A stretch of DNA of 64,000 bases from an uncultured Gemmatimonadaceae bacterium (lineage in GTDB: Bacteria; Gemmatimonadota; Gemmatimonadetes; Gemmatimonadales; Gemmatimonadaceae), in contig CAWAGQ010000004.1 in assembly GCA_963781585.1 (NCBI GenBank), positions 896,001 through 960,000 on the forward strand, read 5' to 3'. Shown here one piece after another: positions 20,070 through 34,500 of this stretch; within the stretch, counting starts at the first letter, position 1, and the number at the start of each line of letters is the position of its first letter. Under the pieces are notes generated by a model. It saw only the letters and a program-made list of their open reading frames with translations, did no database searches and had not been told where the DNA came from. The position numbers and the translations under genes are program-made.

Positions 20070-23000
20070 CTACGCGCTCGCCCCGTGGCACTTCTTGAAC
20101 TTTTTTCCGGATCCGCAGGGACAGGGGTCGTTCCTTCCCACGCTCGCCCAGTTCGCGTCGCCGGACGCGCCGCCCGCGCTGCGGATGCTGGTGCTCCCCA
20201 TCTGCGAAAGCGACTTCGTGCGCCCGGCTCCCACGACCAGCGGGTCCTGCCGCGCGGAGACAGTCTTCTTTGGCGGCTCGTCGGGCGCGACGTCCATCAC
20301 CGTCTGCTGGCCGTCACCGTCCAGCGACGCACCGGCGGCCACCGGCTCTTCGGCCGGGATGTCCTCGAGGATGCCTAACGCGTTGTAGCGGCGCTGCGGT
20401 GCGGCGGAAGGACCGCCGCCGCCCCCGGGGCCACGACCGCCGTCCCCCTGCGGCGCCGGCGTCGGCGGCCCGAATACGAGCTGTGCGCGAAGGAACCGTT
20501 CGGTGAACGTGGTGTGGATGTCGTTCATCAGGTCCACGAACATCGTGTACGCTTCCTGCTTGTACTCGATCAGGGGATCCTTCTGGCCCCACGAGCGATA
20601 GTGGATGGCCGCCCTGAGCTGGTCGAGGTCGTAGAGGTGGTCCTTCCACTTTTCGTCCAGGACGTTGAGCATCACAAGGGAGAGCAGCCGGCTGGCGAAG
20701 CCCTGACCCGTCTCGTCCTGCACCTCGTTCAGGCCGGTCTCCTTCACCTCGAACGCCTTCAGCGCCGCGCCCAGGGCTGCTGTCGACAGACCTTCCACGG
20801 TGGTCGGCGAGTCGTCGGCCTCGAGTTCCGGCACGACCAGCAGGTAGTGCATCAGCAGTTCCTGCCGCAGGAGCCCCAGATCCCACTGGTTTGCGTCTTC
20901 GTATTCGCCGGCAAAATCCTCCACGCGCTTTTGCACGGCCTTCTCGACCATCTTCAGCGCTTCGCCGCGCAATTCCTCCCCCCCTCGAGGGCGAACGAGC
21001 GCAGCGAGTAGATCACCTCGCGCTGCTGGTTCATCACGTCGTCGTATTCGAGGAGGCGCTTGCGGGCCTGGAAGTTCTGCAGTTCGACCCGCTTCTGCGC
21101 CTGCTCGATGGACCGGGTGATGAGGGGATGAGTAAGGACTTCCCCTTCCTGGGCACCCAGCCGGTCCATCAGGCGCGCGATGCGCTCCGAGCCGAAGAGC
21201 CGCATCAGATCGTCTTCCAGGGAGAGGAAGAATTGTGACGCGCCGGGATCGCCCTGGCGGCCGGCCCGACCGCGCAGCTGTCGATCGATGCGACGTGACT
21301 CGTGGCGTTCCGAGCCGACGATGTGCAACCCGCCGCACTCCTCGACGTCGATCGGGTTCCCTTCCGGATCCTTGACGCGGGAGGGCTTCGACACGGTGAT
21401 GCCGGCCCCGAGTTTGATGTCGGTTCCGCGACCGGCCATGTTGGTCGCGATTGTCACCGCACCCGGCTGGCCGGCATTGGCGACGATCTCGGCCTCGCGC
21501 TGGTGGTACTTCGCGTTGAGTACACTGTGCGGCAGGGCGGCGCGCTTGAACATGCGCGACAGCGTTTCCGACACCTCCACGCTCACCGTCCCGACCAGTA
21601 CCGGGTAGCCGAGGTCGTGCAGTCGCCGCGTTTCCTCGACGATCGCGTTGTATTTCTCGCGCCGGGTCTTGAAGACGAGGTCCTGCCGGTCGTCGCGGAT
21701 CACCGGGCGGTTGGTCGGGATCACCGCCACGTCGAGCTTGTAGATCTGGTGGAATTCGGTCTCCTCGGTCTCGGCGGTGCCGGTCATGCCGGCGAGCTTT
21801 TCGTACATGCGGAAGTAGTTCTGGATGGTGATGGTCGCGAGCGTCTGCGTCTCGCCCTTGACCTTCACGCTCTCCTTGGCTTCCACCGCCTGGTGCAGCC
21901 CCTCCGACCAGCGGCGGCCCGGCATGGTACGGCCGGTGAACTCGTCGACGATCAGGACCTCGCCATCCTGGACCACGTAGTTGACGTCCTTCTCGTAGAG
22001 CGCGTGCGCCCGCAGGAGCTGGTGGACGATGTGGAGCTTCTCGCTCTTCATCGCGTATTCGGTCTCGATCGACTTCCGCGCGTCGAGCTTTTCCTGCGGC
22101 GACATCTCTCCGTCGTGTTCGATCCGGTGGATTTCGGTGGAGATATCGGGGAGCTCGAACTGGTCGTGATCGGACGGCGAGAGCGCGTCGACACCCCGAT
22201 CGGTGAGGTGCACGGTGTGGCCCTTCTCGTCCAGCACGAAGTACAGGTCGTTCTCCAGCTCCCGGTACTGCTGTTTGTTCGGCGACACCTTCCGGTCCGC
22301 CAGATAGTCCAGCTCCATCCGGTTCACCAGCTGCTTCACGCCGGGCTCCTGCATGGACTTGAGCAGCCGCTTGTTCTTCGGATGGCCGAGCTGCGCCTTG
22401 TACAGCGCCAGGGCCGCCGCCGCCTGGTCGCCCGTTTCCAGCGCGCGTTCGCCCTCACCCACCAGCGCGTTCACCACCTCGGTCTGCCGGCGGAACATCC
22501 GCTCGACCGCGCTGTTGTGGTCCGCGAACATCTCGTCGTTTTCGTTGCCCACCGGACCCGAGATGATCAGCGGCGTTCGGGCTTCGTCGATCAGCACGGA
22601 GTCCACTTCGTCCACGATCGCGTACCAGTGGGTCTTCTGCACCCGCTGGTCCAGCGAGATCACCATGTTGTCGCGCAGATAATCGAAGCCGAATTCGTTG
22701 TTGGTGCCGTAGGTGATATCGCACTCGTAGGCGGCGCGGCGGGCCGGGCTCCCCGGTTCGGTGTCATCGATGCACCCGACGGTGAGGCCCAGGTATTCAT
22801 ACACATGGCCCATCCATTGCGAGTCGCGACGCGCCAGGTACGAGTTGACCGTGACCAGATGCGAGCCTTTTCCCGGTAACGCGTTCAGGTACAGTGGCAG
22901 CGTCGCCACCAGCGTCTTGCCTTCGCCGGTGGCCATCTCGGCGATGCGCCCCAGATGGAGCTCGATGCCGCCCATCAGCTGGACGTCATACGGAACCATA

Positions 23001-23425
23001 TCCCAGGCCATCTCGCGGCCGGTGACCGTTATCGTGGTGCCTAACAAGCGGCGGGCCGCTTCCCGGACCGTGGCGAACGCCTCGGGCAGGATCTGGTCGA
23101 GCGTGTCGGCAATCACCTTTCGCAGTTCGGCATCCACCCCGCCCCGCCCGTCGACCCCTGTGAGGTCGTTGTCCAGCCGGTCCCGGTCGGCCGGATCCTT
23201 GGTGATCTTCTTGAGTTCCTTCAGCTCGGCGACGCGGCGCTCGAGTGCCTCGGTGCGGTCGTGCAGGATGCCCCGGAGCTTGGCGGTCTGACCCCGCAGC
23301 TCGTCATCGGACACTCCCTGCAACCGCGCGTAGTGCGCGTTGATCTCGTCGACAATGGGTTGAATCCGGCGACGCTCGCGCTCGTGTCGCGATCCGAAGA
23401 GCTTTCCGGCTACCTGCTTGAGCAT
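20070..23425 (-). CDS. secA: Preprotein translocase SecA, split by a 1-nt frameshift at about 20978-20984
   Basis: ORF 20954-23425 has [23 protein letters not shown] and [13 protein letters not shown]. The C-terminal part, in another frame, has [10 protein letters not shown] and the SEC-C motif [18 protein letters not shown]. One extra G in the G7 run joins them ([14 protein letters not shown]). Confidence 0.93.
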
Positions 23426-23434
23426 TCGTGCCCC

Positions 23435-24052
23435 TTATCGGTACAGCCCGCTCGACTCGATGTAGCGGGCGACATCGTCCACGACGAATCCGCGCACCGA
23501 CCGGCCCGCCCGGATCCGTGCACGGATCTCGGTGGACGAGACATCGACGCGCCGCGCGCCGACGAGGACCGGCTCGCGCGGGGCCCCGCCCTCACCCGCC
23601 AGCGTCCGCACGCGGTCCCGGATCAGCGCGGGCGTCACTGGTGCCGCGTCGGTAGCACGCGTCAGCACGGCGAGCCGCGCCAGGCTGACGATCCGCGCCG
23701 GCTCGCGCCATGACTCCAGACTCTGCAACGCGTCCGATCCGATGAAAAAGAACCGCTCCGCATCAGGGTGATGCGTGGCGTACCACTGCAGCGTATCCAC
23801 CGTGTAAGATAGCCCCTTCCGCTCGATTTCGATCGTGTCCACCGAGAATCGCCGGTCTCCATCCACCATCGCGTGGAGCATGGCGAGCCGGGCCTCGGCG
23901 GGAGCGGCCTCCCGCGACTGCTTCAGCGGTTGCTGGGCGGCCGGAATGAAGACCACGCGGTCGAGTGCCAGCACCTCCCAGGCGTCGGTCGCAGCCAGCA
24001 GATGTCCGATGTGCGGCGGATCGAACGACCCGCCGAAGAGCCCGAGACGCAC
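23435..24052 (-). CDS. nadD: Nicotinate-nucleotide adenylyltransferase
   Basis: GGSFDPPHIGH, SYTVDT, IGSD, VSSTEIR. Confidence 0.96.
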   Translation of the reverse strand: MRLGLFGGSFDPPHIGHLLAATDAWEVLALDRVVFIPAAQQPLKQSREAAPAEARLAMLHAMVDGDRRFSVDTIEIERKGLSYTVDTLQWYATHHPDAERFFFIGSDALQSLESWREPARIVSLARLAVLTRATDAAPVTPALIRDRVRTLAGEGGAPREPVLVGARRVDVSSTEIRARIRAGRSVRGFVVDDVARYIESSGLYR

Positions 24053-24055
24053 TGG

Positions 24056-24847
24056 TCAGGGCGAATCGCGCGCGGAAGGCGGGCGGGGCGGCGTCGCCTC
24101 GGTCACCGGCGGGCCGCACACGGACGACACGTCCCCGTCGCGCGGATATCGCTCGTGCAGCGTCGCGCAGACTTCCGCCTTGTCCTGCTTGTACTTGATG
24201 CGGTCATAGACTTCCGCGAGCCGCAGGTAGGCGTCGTGCACGCGCGCGGTATCGGGATAGCGATCGACCACGCTGCGGAAGTAGATGAGGGCCGGGTCGT
24301 ACGCCTTGCGCCGAAGGTAGTACATGCCGGTCTGGTAGTCCTTGGTGGCGTATCGCTCGCTCAGAATCCCGATCTGCTTGAGCGCCGAATCGCGAAGCGG
24401 GCTGTCCGGATACAGGGAGAGCATGGTCTGATACGTGGCCAGGGCTGCACCACCGTACTTCGCGTCGAGGTCCGGTCGGCGCCACAATAACTGGTACTCC
24501 AGTCCGGCCTGATACTGGGCATCGGCCGCCAGCGAGTCGGTCGGAAAACTCTCCGACAGTCGCAGATATTCCTGCGCGGCCAGGAGATGCTCGCCACGCC
24601 GCGCGTGCGCCTCGCCGAGATAGAAGTGCGATCGCGGAAGCAGCGTGTCGCGGACCGGCAGCTCGAGGGTGAGCTTCTCGAAGACCTGAATCGCGTTGCC
24701 CCAATGCCGGGCCTGAAACTGGCGAACCCCGGCCGCATAGAGCGATTCGCTGGTGGGAAACTGACTGACTTTGAACGACGATGCGCACGCCAGCATCCAG
24801 GCGATGCCGACCAGGCCGGCGTTCGGAATCTTGCGGTGTCGGACCAT
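24056..24847 (-). CDS. bamD: Outer membrane protein assembly factor BamD (TPR lipoprotein)
   Basis: Lipobox MLAC, TPR repeats, MYYLRRKAYDPALIYF. Confidence 0.85.
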   Translation of the reverse strand: MVRHRKIPNAGLVGIAWMLACASSFKVSQFPTSESLYAAGVRQFQARHWGNAIQVFEKLTLELPVRDTLLPRSHFYLGEAHARRGEHLLAAQEYLRLSESFPTDSLAADAQYQAGLEYQLLWRRPDLDAKYGGAALATYQTMLSLYPDSPLRDSALKQIGILSERYATKDYQTGMYYLRRKAYDPALIYFRSVVDRYPDTARVHDAYLRLAEVYDRIKYKQDKAEVCATLHERYPRDGDVSSVCGPPVTEATPPRPPSARDSP

Positions 24848-25053
24848 GGCGGGTTGTGAGTACCCGATGCTATTGCAAACGGTTCATCGCGCTCCCCGCG
24901 TGCAACGCACGGGCGTGGGCAAACGTGAAACATAACGCGGCGCGCGAGGGGGGTGCTCACCCGGCCATGCACGTGCCCCGGGTTCCTCGTCCGCCGGGCC
25001 GGCATCATTCGAGCTTCGTCCCGCTGGGGCGGCGGCGAACGCCCCGGTCGGCG

Positions 25054-26010
25054 TCAGGCGCTTCGCGGGCGTCGGGCGCCGGGGCCAAGCGACCGGAAGT
25101 ACTCGATGGTTCGCGTCACGCCCTCGCGGAGCGGGACCCGTGGTTCCCAGCCGAGCGTCTCCCTGGCCCTGGAGATGTCGGGCTTGCGCACCTTGGGATC
25201 ATCGACCGGCAGGGGCTCGTAGTGGATCGGGGAGGTGGTCCCGGTGAGGTCCACGACCAGCTCAGCCAGCTGCCGCACGGTGTACTCGTCGGGATTCCCG
25301 ACATTGGTCGGGGCCGCCGTGCCGTGCTGGAAGAGTCGGTAGATGCCATCGATCTCGTCGTCGACGTAGCAGAACGAGCGGGTCTGGCTGCCGTCGCCAT
25401 AGATCGTGATCGGCTCATCGCCCAGCGCCTGAATGATGAAGTTCGACACCACTCGGCCGTCGCGCGGCCGCATGCGCGGACCGTAGGTGTTGAAGATCCG
25501 GACGATCCGCGTGTCGAGACCGTGCACCCGGTGGTACGCCATGGTCATGGCTTCGGCAAAGCGCTTGGCTTCATCGTACACGCCCCGTGGCCCGATCGGA
25601 TTGACGTTGCCCCAGTACGACTCGGGTTGCGGATGGACCAGCGGGTCGCCGTAGACCTCGGAGGTGGACGCCAGGAAGAAGCGAGCCCCCTTGGCCTTGG
25701 CGAGGCCTAACGCGTTGTGCGTGCCTAACGCCCCGACCTTGAGCGTGGCGATCGGATGTTCCAGGTAATCCACCGGGCTGGCGGGAGACGCGAAGTGGAG
25801 CACGCCGTCCACCGGTCCGGCGACGTACATGTAGGTCGAGACGTTGTGCCGGAAGAACTCGAAGTCCGGTCGTCCCATCAGGTGGGCGATGTTGTCCGGG
25901 TTCCCGGTCACGAAGTTGTCGATGCCCACCACCCGATGCCCGTCGGCGAGGAACCGGTCGCTGAGGTGCGAGCCGAGGAACCCCGCCGCCCCGGTGATGA
26001 CGACTCTCAT
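25054..26010 (-). CDS. UDP-glucuronate decarboxylase family protein (UXS-like)
   Basis: [46 protein letters not shown]. Confidence 0.93.
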   Translation of the reverse strand: MRVVITGAAGFLGSHLSDRFLADGHRVVGIDNFVTGNPDNIAHLMGRPDFEFFRHNVSTYMYVAGPVDGVLHFASPASPVDYLEHPIATLKVGALGTHNALGLAKAKGARFFLASTSEVYGDPLVHPQPESYWGNVNPIGPRGVYDEAKRFAEAMTMAYHRVHGLDTRIVRIFNTYGPRMRPRDGRVVSNFIIQALGDEPITIYGDGSQTRSFCYVDDEIDGIYRLFQHGTAAPTNVGNPDEYTVRQLAELVVDLTGTTSPIHYEPLPVDDPKVRKPDISRARETLGWEPRVPLREGVTRTIEYFRSLGPGARRPRSA

Positions 26011-27314
26011 TCGCCGCCCCGCCCGATCGAGAAGTATCGGAACCCGAGGTTCCGGAGCTTGGTCGCGTCGTACAGGTTCCGGCCGTCGACGATGATCGGC
26101 TGGCGCAACGCCGTCTTGATGCGCCCGAAGTCGGGGTGCCGGTACTCGTTCCAGTCGGTGACCACGACCAGTGCGTCGGCACCGGTCAGGGCGTCGTAGT
26201 TCGAGGACGCGTAGGTGATTCGCGCGCCGATGTGTCGCCGCGCCGCATCCATCGCCGCGGGGTCGTGGGCGGTGATGGTGGCACCCGTCGCCAGCACCGC
26301 CTCGATGAGGACCAGCGACGGCGCCTCCCGCATGTCATCGGTGTTGGGCTTGAACGACAGCCCCCAGAGCGCGACGTGGGAGGTCCCCAATCCCGTCCCC
26401 AGCGCAGACTGCAGCTTCTCGAACAGCCGGTGCTTCTGCCGCTCGTTCGCCACCTCCACCGACTCGAGCACCCCCAATGGCCGGTCGAACTCGCGCCCGG
26501 TCCGGATCAGTGCCTTCACGTCCTTCGGGAAGCACGATCCGCCGTACCCCGGCCCGGGAAACAGGAACGAGGATCCGATGCGCGTGTCGCTCCCCACCCC
26601 CTTCCGCACCAGGTCGACATTGGCGCCGACGCGCTCGCAGAGGTTTGCGATCTCGTTCATGAACGAGATGCGGGTGGCGAGCATCGCGTTGGCAGCGTAC
26701 TTGGTCATTTCCGCCGATGCGATGTCCATGAAGATGATCGGCTTCCCGGTGCGAACGAACGGCGCGTACAACTCGGCCATTACGCTGCGGGCGTGATCCG
26801 ACTCGACGCCGAGCACCACCCGATCGGGCTTCATGAAGTCGTCGACCGCCGCGCCTTCCTTGAGGAACTCGGGATTGCTGCACATGTGAAACGGGTGCCG
26901 GGCGTATTGGGCCACCGCCGCGCTCACCTTGGCGGCGGTCCCCACCGGCACGGTGGACTTGGTGACGATCACCATCTCGCGCGTCATGTGACGACCGATC
27001 TGGTCGGCGACGTCGAGCACGTGCCGGAGATCGGCCGACCCGTCCTCGTCAGGCGGGGTCCCCACCGCGATGAAGACGACGTCGGCACGGGCGATCGCCG
27101 CGGCGATGTCGGCCGTGAACCCGAGGCGCCCCTGGCGCTGATTCCGCTCCACCAGGGTCTCGAGCTCCGGCTCGTAGATCGGGATCACGTTCTGCTTGAG
27201 CGAATCGATCTTGCGTCCATCCAGATCGGCGCAGATCACGTCGTTGCCGGTTTCCGCCAGGCACGCCCCCACCACCAGCCCCACGTATCCCGTCCCGATG
27301 ACCGAGATGTTCAC
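26007..27314 (-). CDS. ugd: UDP-glucose 6-dehydrogenase
   Basis: [42 protein letters not shown]. Confidence 0.95.
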   Translation of the reverse strand: MNISVIGTGYVGLVVGACLAETGNDVICADLDGRKIDSLKQNVIPIYEPELETLVERNQRQGRLGFTADIAAAIARADVVFIAVGTPPDEDGSADLRHVLDVADQIGRHMTREMVIVTKSTVPVGTAAKVSAAVAQYARHPFHMCSNPEFLKEGAAVDDFMKPDRVVLGVESDHARSVMAELYAPFVRTGKPIIFMDIASAEMTKYAANAMLATRISFMNEIANLCERVGANVDLVRKGVGSDTRIGSSFLFPGPGYGGSCFPKDVKALIRTGREFDRPLGVLESVEVANERQKHRLFEKLQSALGTGLGTSHVALWGLSFKPNTDDMREAPSLVLIEAVLATGATITAHDPAAMDAARRHIGARITYASSNYDALTGADALVVVTDWNEYRHPDFGRIKTALRQPIIVDGRNLYDATKLRNLGFRYFSIGRGGE

Positions 27315-27354
27315 GCCGGCACCTCGATTCGTGGCGCGGACCCGGGCCGCCAGG

Positions 27355-28686
<1,332 letters not shown>

Positions 28687-28724
28687 TCCTGGTTCGGGCA
28701 CAAGGTTCACCGATGTAGGGACGC

Positions 28725-29837
28725 TCAGCGCCCGTAGAAGGCACGAATCGCGCCAATGACTTCATCCAGCTGATCGTGCGTAAGCTCGGGAAAGATCGGT
28801 AGCGACAGCACCTCGCGCGCCGCCCGCTCGGATTCGGGGAAAGCGCCTTCCCGATAGCCCAGGTGCGCAAAACAGGGCTGGAGATGGAGGGGAAGCGGAT
28901 AGTAGATGGCGGTGCCGATACCACGTTCCCTGAGATACGCCTGCAGCGCATCCCGGCGCTCCACGCGCAGCGTGAACTGATTGTAGATCGACTCGTTCGC
29001 CGGATCCACCACCGGCGGGCGCACCTCGGCGAGGTCCTCGAGCGCGGAAGCATAGTAGGCGGCATTGGCCCGCCGTCCGGCGCTCCAGCGGGCAAGGTGC
29101 GGCAGTTTGGCCGAGAGCACGGCCGCCTGCAGCGCGTCGAGCCGGCTGTTGAAGCCCACCTCGTCGTGAAAGTACATCTTTGCCCCCCCATGCATCCGCA
29201 GCCGCCGGAGGCGATCCGCCAGCGCCGCGTCACGGGTCACGATCATGCCGCCGTCCCCCCAGGCCCCGAGGTTCTTCGACGGAAAGAAGCTGAGGGTTCC
29301 CATGGTCGCGGCTTCACCCGCCATCACACGGCGTCCGTCGATCGTACGGCTGGCACCGATCGACTGCGCCGCGTCCTCGATAATGGGAATCCCCGGCAAC
29401 ATGGCCCAGACGCGCTCGATGGCCGCCATCTGACCGAACAGGTCAACGGGAATCACTGCCCGGGTCCGCGAGGTCCTGGCCGCCACCGCGGCTTCGGGCG
29501 ACAGGTTGAAGGTGTCGGGCTCGATGTCACAGAACACCGGCTGGGCGCCGACGTTGTGGACCGCTCCGGCTGTAGCAAAGAACGTGAACGGCGGGACGAT
29601 CACCTCGTCGCCTGGCCCGATATCAAGCGCGCGAAGCGCCAGGAGGATCGCATCGGTGCCGCTGGCGCAGCCGACGGCGAACTCGGTATGAGACAGGGCG
29701 GCGACCTCGCCTTCCAGCCGGACGACGGGCTCACCGAGAATGAACCGTTGTTCGGCCACCACGCGCATCGCGGCGTCGGTGACGTCATCCTTGATGGCAG
29801 CGTGCTGGGCGCGAAGATCGAGAAGCGGTACTGGCAT
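28725..29837 (-). CDS. DegT/DnrJ/EryC1/StrS aminotransferase (WbpE-like)
   Basis: ASGTDA, EDAAQS, SFFPSKNLG, NSRLDALQAA. Confidence 0.93.
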   Translation of the reverse strand: MPVPLLDLRAQHAAIKDDVTDAAMRVVAEQRFILGEPVVRLEGEVAALSHTEFAVGCASGTDAILLALRALDIGPGDEVIVPPFTFFATAGAVHNVGAQPVFCDIEPDTFNLSPEAAVAARTSRTRAVIPVDLFGQMAAIERVWAMLPGIPIIEDAAQSIGASRTIDGRRVMAGEAATMGTLSFFPSKNLGAWGDGGMIVTRDAALADRLRRLRMHGGAKMYFHDEVGFNSRLDALQAAVLSAKLPHLARWSAGRRANAAYYASALEDLAEVRPPVVDPANESIYNQFTLRVERRDALQAYLRERGIGTAIYYPLPLHLQPCFAHLGYREGAFPESERAAREVLSLPIFPELTHDQLDEVIGAIRAFYGR

Positions 29838-29896
29838 GTGGGTCAGGAGTGAGAGGTACGGCCTGGCGGTTGGATCCGGGTCGGACAGACGCGGAA

Positions 29897-30943
29897 TCAG
29901 TCGCCCGCGTGCAGTGGCAGGTGAACCTCATGCGCGGTCCGGGCCGATTCGTACGCCGCCACGATCAGCTCGAGCGACTTGCGTCCTTCGCGGCCATCCG
30001 TGTCGGCCCGGGCTTCGCCCCGGATGACCGCCAGCACGTTCCGGTAGTATCCGGCGTGCCCGAACCCATAGACGTCAGGTGGATTGGTGGTCGCCGCCTC
30101 GACGAGTTTGTCGTCATCATCGTAGTCCGCGAACATCCAGTGCTCCACGCGGTTCACCGCTGTCCCGCCGATCTTGACGCTCCCCTTCTCGCCCAGGAGG
30201 GTGATCGAACCCTCCAGATTCCGCGGGTAGGTGAGCATCGTGACTTCAATGACCCCGAGCGCCCCCGATCGAAACCGCAGCAGGACGACAGCGGTGTCTT
30301 CGGCCTCGATGCGGCGGCCCAGGGTCGCGGCGCCGGCCATTACGCCCTCGACCGGCCCCGCCAGCCACTGGATCAGATCCACGTAATGGGAGGCCTGGTT
30401 CATCAGGGCGCCGCCGTCCAGCGCCCAGGTTCCGCGCCACGGCGCCTGATCGTAGTACTCCTGCGGTCGTGCCCAGCGAACGGTGGTGTTTGCCAGGTAG
30501 ATCCGCCCGAACCGCCCTCGATCGATGGCGCGTTTCAGGAGCTGCACCGCCGGGTTCAGCCGATTCTGCTTCACCACGAACAGTTGCACGCCGGCGTCGT
30601 CACAGGCCCGCATCAGCGCGTCCGCACCGGCCAGCGAAATAGCCATCGGCTTCTCGACAACCACGTGCCGTCCGGCGCGCGCGGCCATCACGCCGTGCTC
30701 CGGATGCAGCCCCGACGGTGTGCACACCGCGACCGCTTCACATGCGACCTGGTCGAGCATCGTCGCGTAGTCGGAGAACCAGGGAACGCCGTTGGCGTCA
30801 CCCGCCGCCCGGGCGCGCTGTTCGATGATGTCGCACACCCCGGCCAGCACCAGCCCGGGGAGCTTGCCGATCGCTTCGAAGTGGGTCCGGCTGATGCGAC
30901 CGCAACCAACCAGCGCGATGCGGACCGGCGTGCCCGGGCTCAT
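29897..30943 (-). CDS. Gfo/Idh/MocA oxidoreductase (WbpB/WlbA-like)
   Basis: [35 protein letters not shown]. Confidence 0.9.
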   Translation of the reverse strand: MSPGTPVRIALVGCGRISRTHFEAIGKLPGLVLAGVCDIIEQRARAAGDANGVPWFSDYATMLDQVACEAVAVCTPSGLHPEHGVMAARAGRHVVVEKPMAISLAGADALMRACDDAGVQLFVVKQNRLNPAVQLLKRAIDRGRFGRIYLANTTVRWARPQEYYDQAPWRGTWALDGGALMNQASHYVDLIQWLAGPVEGVMAGAATLGRRIEAEDTAVVLLRFRSGALGVIEVTMLTYPRNLEGSITLLGEKGSVKIGGTAVNRVEHWMFADYDDDDKLVEAATTNPPDVYGFGHAGYYRNVLAVIRGEARADTDGREGRKSLELIVAAYESARTAHEVHLPLHAGD

Positions 30944-31599
30944 CGCCCGCCCGCCGGCGTGAGCGTCTCGTGGCCGAGGGTGTACTGGCGGCCGCACACG
31001 CTGCAGGAGATGGCGCGGGCCGACGTTTCAGCCCTCGTGCGGCCCCGCACTGCTTCCACGCTCCCGTCCTCCGCTGCCCGGCCGCCGTCCCCAGGCACGC
31101 GAAGGACCTCGCCGCATTCGCACACCCACCCCACCCGCTTTGCGGGGACTCCCACGGCCAGGCCGTACGCCGGCACGTCTTTCGTCACTACCGCGCCGGC
31201 GCCCACGAACGCGAATTCTCCCAGCGTCACGCCGCACACCACCGTGGCGTTGGCCCCGATGGTCGCGCCGCGACGCACCAGCGTCTGGCGGTAGTCGTGC
31301 TTCCGCGATACGTGGCTTCGGGGATTGAGCACGTTGGTGAACACCATCGACGGCCCGCAGAACACGTCATCCTCGAGCACCACGCCCTCGTAGATCGAGA
31401 CATTGTTCTGGACCTTGACGTTGTTGCCGATCCGGGTGCCCGGCATCACCACCACGTTCTGACCGAGGTTGCAGCGCTCACCGATCACCGCCCCCGGCAT
31501 CACGTGGCAGAAGTGCCAGATCCTGGTGCCGGCTCCCACGATGGCCCCTTCATCCACGAATGAGCTGGGATGGATGAATGGCGGCGCTTGAGGGCTCAC
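30940..31599 (-). CDS. Hexapeptide-repeat N-acetyltransferase (WbpD/WlbB-like)
   Basis: [44 protein letters not shown] start overlaps the carB stop. Confidence 0.9.
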   Translation of the reverse strand: MSPQAPPFIHPSSFVDEGAIVGAGTRIWHFCHVMPGAVIGERCNLGQNVVVMPGTRIGNNVKVQNNVSIYEGVVLEDDVFCGPSMVFTNVLNPRSHVSRKHDYRQTLVRRGATIGANATVVCGVTLGEFAFVGAGAVVTKDVPAYGLAVGVPAKRVGWVCECGEVLRVPGDGGRAAEDGSVEAVRGRTRAETSARAISCSVCGRQYTLGHETLTPAGGR

Positions 31600-34500
31600 G
31601 GTGCGCCCTCGATGGTCAGCGGGGCGCGCCGCGCGACGGGGAGCGCTGACGCGGACGGTACAGCATCGGCGCGCGCCGGACTGCCATCGGACCGCGGCGC
31701 CGCCGCGCCTGCCTCGGCACCCGACAGTCCCGCGTCGCTGCTCGCGCGCACCACCTCGTGCCACTCCTGCAGCGAGCGCACCACGGGCCTCCGCGACCGC
31801 AAGGCGAGAATCGCGTCGCATGCCGCGCTGGCCGCCGACATGGTGGTGGTATACGACAGGCGCTGGGCGATGGCCGTCCGCCGCAGCTGGTAGTCGTCGT
31901 ACTGGGCGTGCTTGCCTAACGGCGTATTGATCAGGAGCTGCACCTGACCGTTGACCATCAGATCGATACCGTTCGGCCGCCCTTCGTGCAGCTTGCGCAC
32001 GGCCTCCACCGCGATGCCGCGTCCGCGCAGATACCGGCGGGTGCCGTCGGTGGCATAGAGCGTGAATCCCATCTCCTGGAACCGTCGGGCGATCGGGGTC
32101 ACCGTCGGCTTGTCGGGATCGTTCACGGTGATGAAAATCGCCCCCTCGAGCGGCAAGGCGTTGTCGGCCGCCAGCTGTGCCTTGGCGAAGGCGCTCCCGA
32201 ACGAATCCGAGATGCCCATCACCTCGCCGGTGGAGCGCATCTCGGGCCCCAGCAGCGGATCGAACTCGCGGAACTTGGTAAACGGGAAGACCGCCTCCTT
32301 GACCGACACATACGGCGGCACGATTTCCCGGGTGAAGCCAATCGCGTCGAGCGTCTCGCCGGCCATCACCCGTGCCGCCACCGAGGCGAGCGGCACGCCG
32401 ATCGCCTTCGACACGAAAGGCACGGTGCGACTGGCGCGGGGGTTCACCTCGAGCACGTACACCACGCCGTGCTTGACCGCGAACTGCACGTTGATCAGCC
32501 CGACCACCCCCAGCGCCTGGGCCAGCGCCACGGTGTGCGCCTTCATCGCGTCGATATGCCGTTCCTCGATCAGATACGGCGGGAGCACACAGGCCGAGTC
32601 GCCGGAGTGGATGCCGGCATCCTCGATGTGCTGCATCACGCCGCCGATCACCACGCGCGTGCCGTCGGCGATCGCGTCCACGTCGGCCTCGAACGCATCC
32701 TCGAGGAACCGGTCGATCAACACCGGACGCTCCTCGCTGACCCGCGCCGCCGTCTCGAAATATCCCCGCAGCGAGGGCTCGTCGTACACGATCTGCATCG
32801 CCCGGCCGCCCAGGACGTAGGAGGGGCGCACCAGCACCGGGAAGCCGATGCGGTCGGCGACGGCCGCCGCCTCGTCCACGCTGAATGCGGTGCCGTTCTC
32901 CGGCTGCCGGATTCCGAGGTCCCGCGCGATCTGCTCGAACCGCTTCCGATCCTCGGCGACGTCGATCGCATCGGGCGAGGTGCCGAGGACGCGAACCCCC
33001 GCCGCCTCCAGCGGCCGGGTGAGCTTGAGCGGCGTCTGACCGCCGAGCTGCACGATCACGCCGATCGGTTGCTCGCGATGCACGATCTCGAGCACGTCCT
33101 CGAGCGTCAGCGGCTCGAAGTACAGCTTGTCGGAAACATCGTAGTCGGTCGACACTGTTTCGGGATTCGAGTTGATCATGATCGCCTCAAATCCCTGCTC
33201 CCGCAGCGCCATCACGGCCCGCACGCAACAGTAGTCGAACTCCACTCCCTGGCCGATGCGGTTCGGGCCGCTGCCCAGAATGATGATCGAGCGGCGCTCC
33301 GTGCGCGGCGCCTCGCTCTCGTCGTCGTAGCTGCTGTAGAGGTACGGCGTCGAGGACGGGAATTCTCCGGCGCAGGTATCGACCATCTTGTAGGCAGGGC
33401 GCACGCCGAGGCCCCACCGCCGCTCGCGGGCCTCGTCCTCAGTCTCGCCGCGCAGTTCAGCCATCTGTCGGTCGGAGAATCCCATTCGCTTCATCTCGCG
33501 GACCTCTTCCTCTCCCACCGCGGCCAGCGCTGCATAGGACCGCTCGGCCTCCACCAGCTCGCCGAGCTGCTCGAGGAACCACGGGTCGATAGCGGTGAGC
33601 TCGTGCAGCTGCGCCGCCGGGACGCCGGCGAGGAGCGCGCGCTTGATCTGGAAGACGCGCTCGGGGGTCGGCTGTGCCAGGGCCCCGCGCAGCGATTCCA
33701 GGGAGTCGTCCGGGAGCCGGTCGTCCGCCGCACGTTCTCCCACGACCCAGCCGGCGCGCCCGATTTCGAGGGCGCGCAGGCCCTTCTGGAACGCCTCCTT
33801 GAACGTGCGCCCGATAGCCATCGACTCACCTACGGACTTCATCTGGGTGGTGAGATGCGGGCTCACATTGGTGAACTTCTCGAACGCGAACCGGGGACAC
33901 TTCACCACGACGTAATCCAGCACCGGCTCGAACGAGGCCGGTGTGGTCCGGGTGATGTCGTTCGGGATCTCGTCCAGACGCAGTCCCACCGCGAGCATCG
34001 CCCCGATACGGGCGATCGGAAACCCGGTGGCTTTCGACGCGAGAGCCGATGACCGCGACACCCGCGGATTCATCTCGATCACCACCATCTCGCCGTTCTG
34101 CGGGCTGATGGCGAACTGGATGTTGCAGCCGCCGGCCTCGACGCCAATTTCGCGGATCACCGCGCACGCGGCATCGCGCATGACCTGGTACTCGCGATCG
34201 GTCAGCGTCATCGCCGGCGCCACGGTAATGGAGTCGCCGGTATGGATACCCATGGCGTCGAGGTTCTCGATCGAGCAGACGATCACCACGTTGTCCGCGA
34301 AGTCCCGCATCACCTCCAGCTCGAACTCCTTCCAGCCGAGCAGGCTGCGCTCGATCAACACCTGACCGACGGGCGATTCGGCGAGTCCGCGGCGCACGAT
34401 CGTCTCGTACTCCTCGCGGTTATACGCCACGCCCCCTCCCGAACCGCCCAACGTATAGGACGGCCGGATGATCGCGGGGAAGCCCGTGAATTCGGTGATC

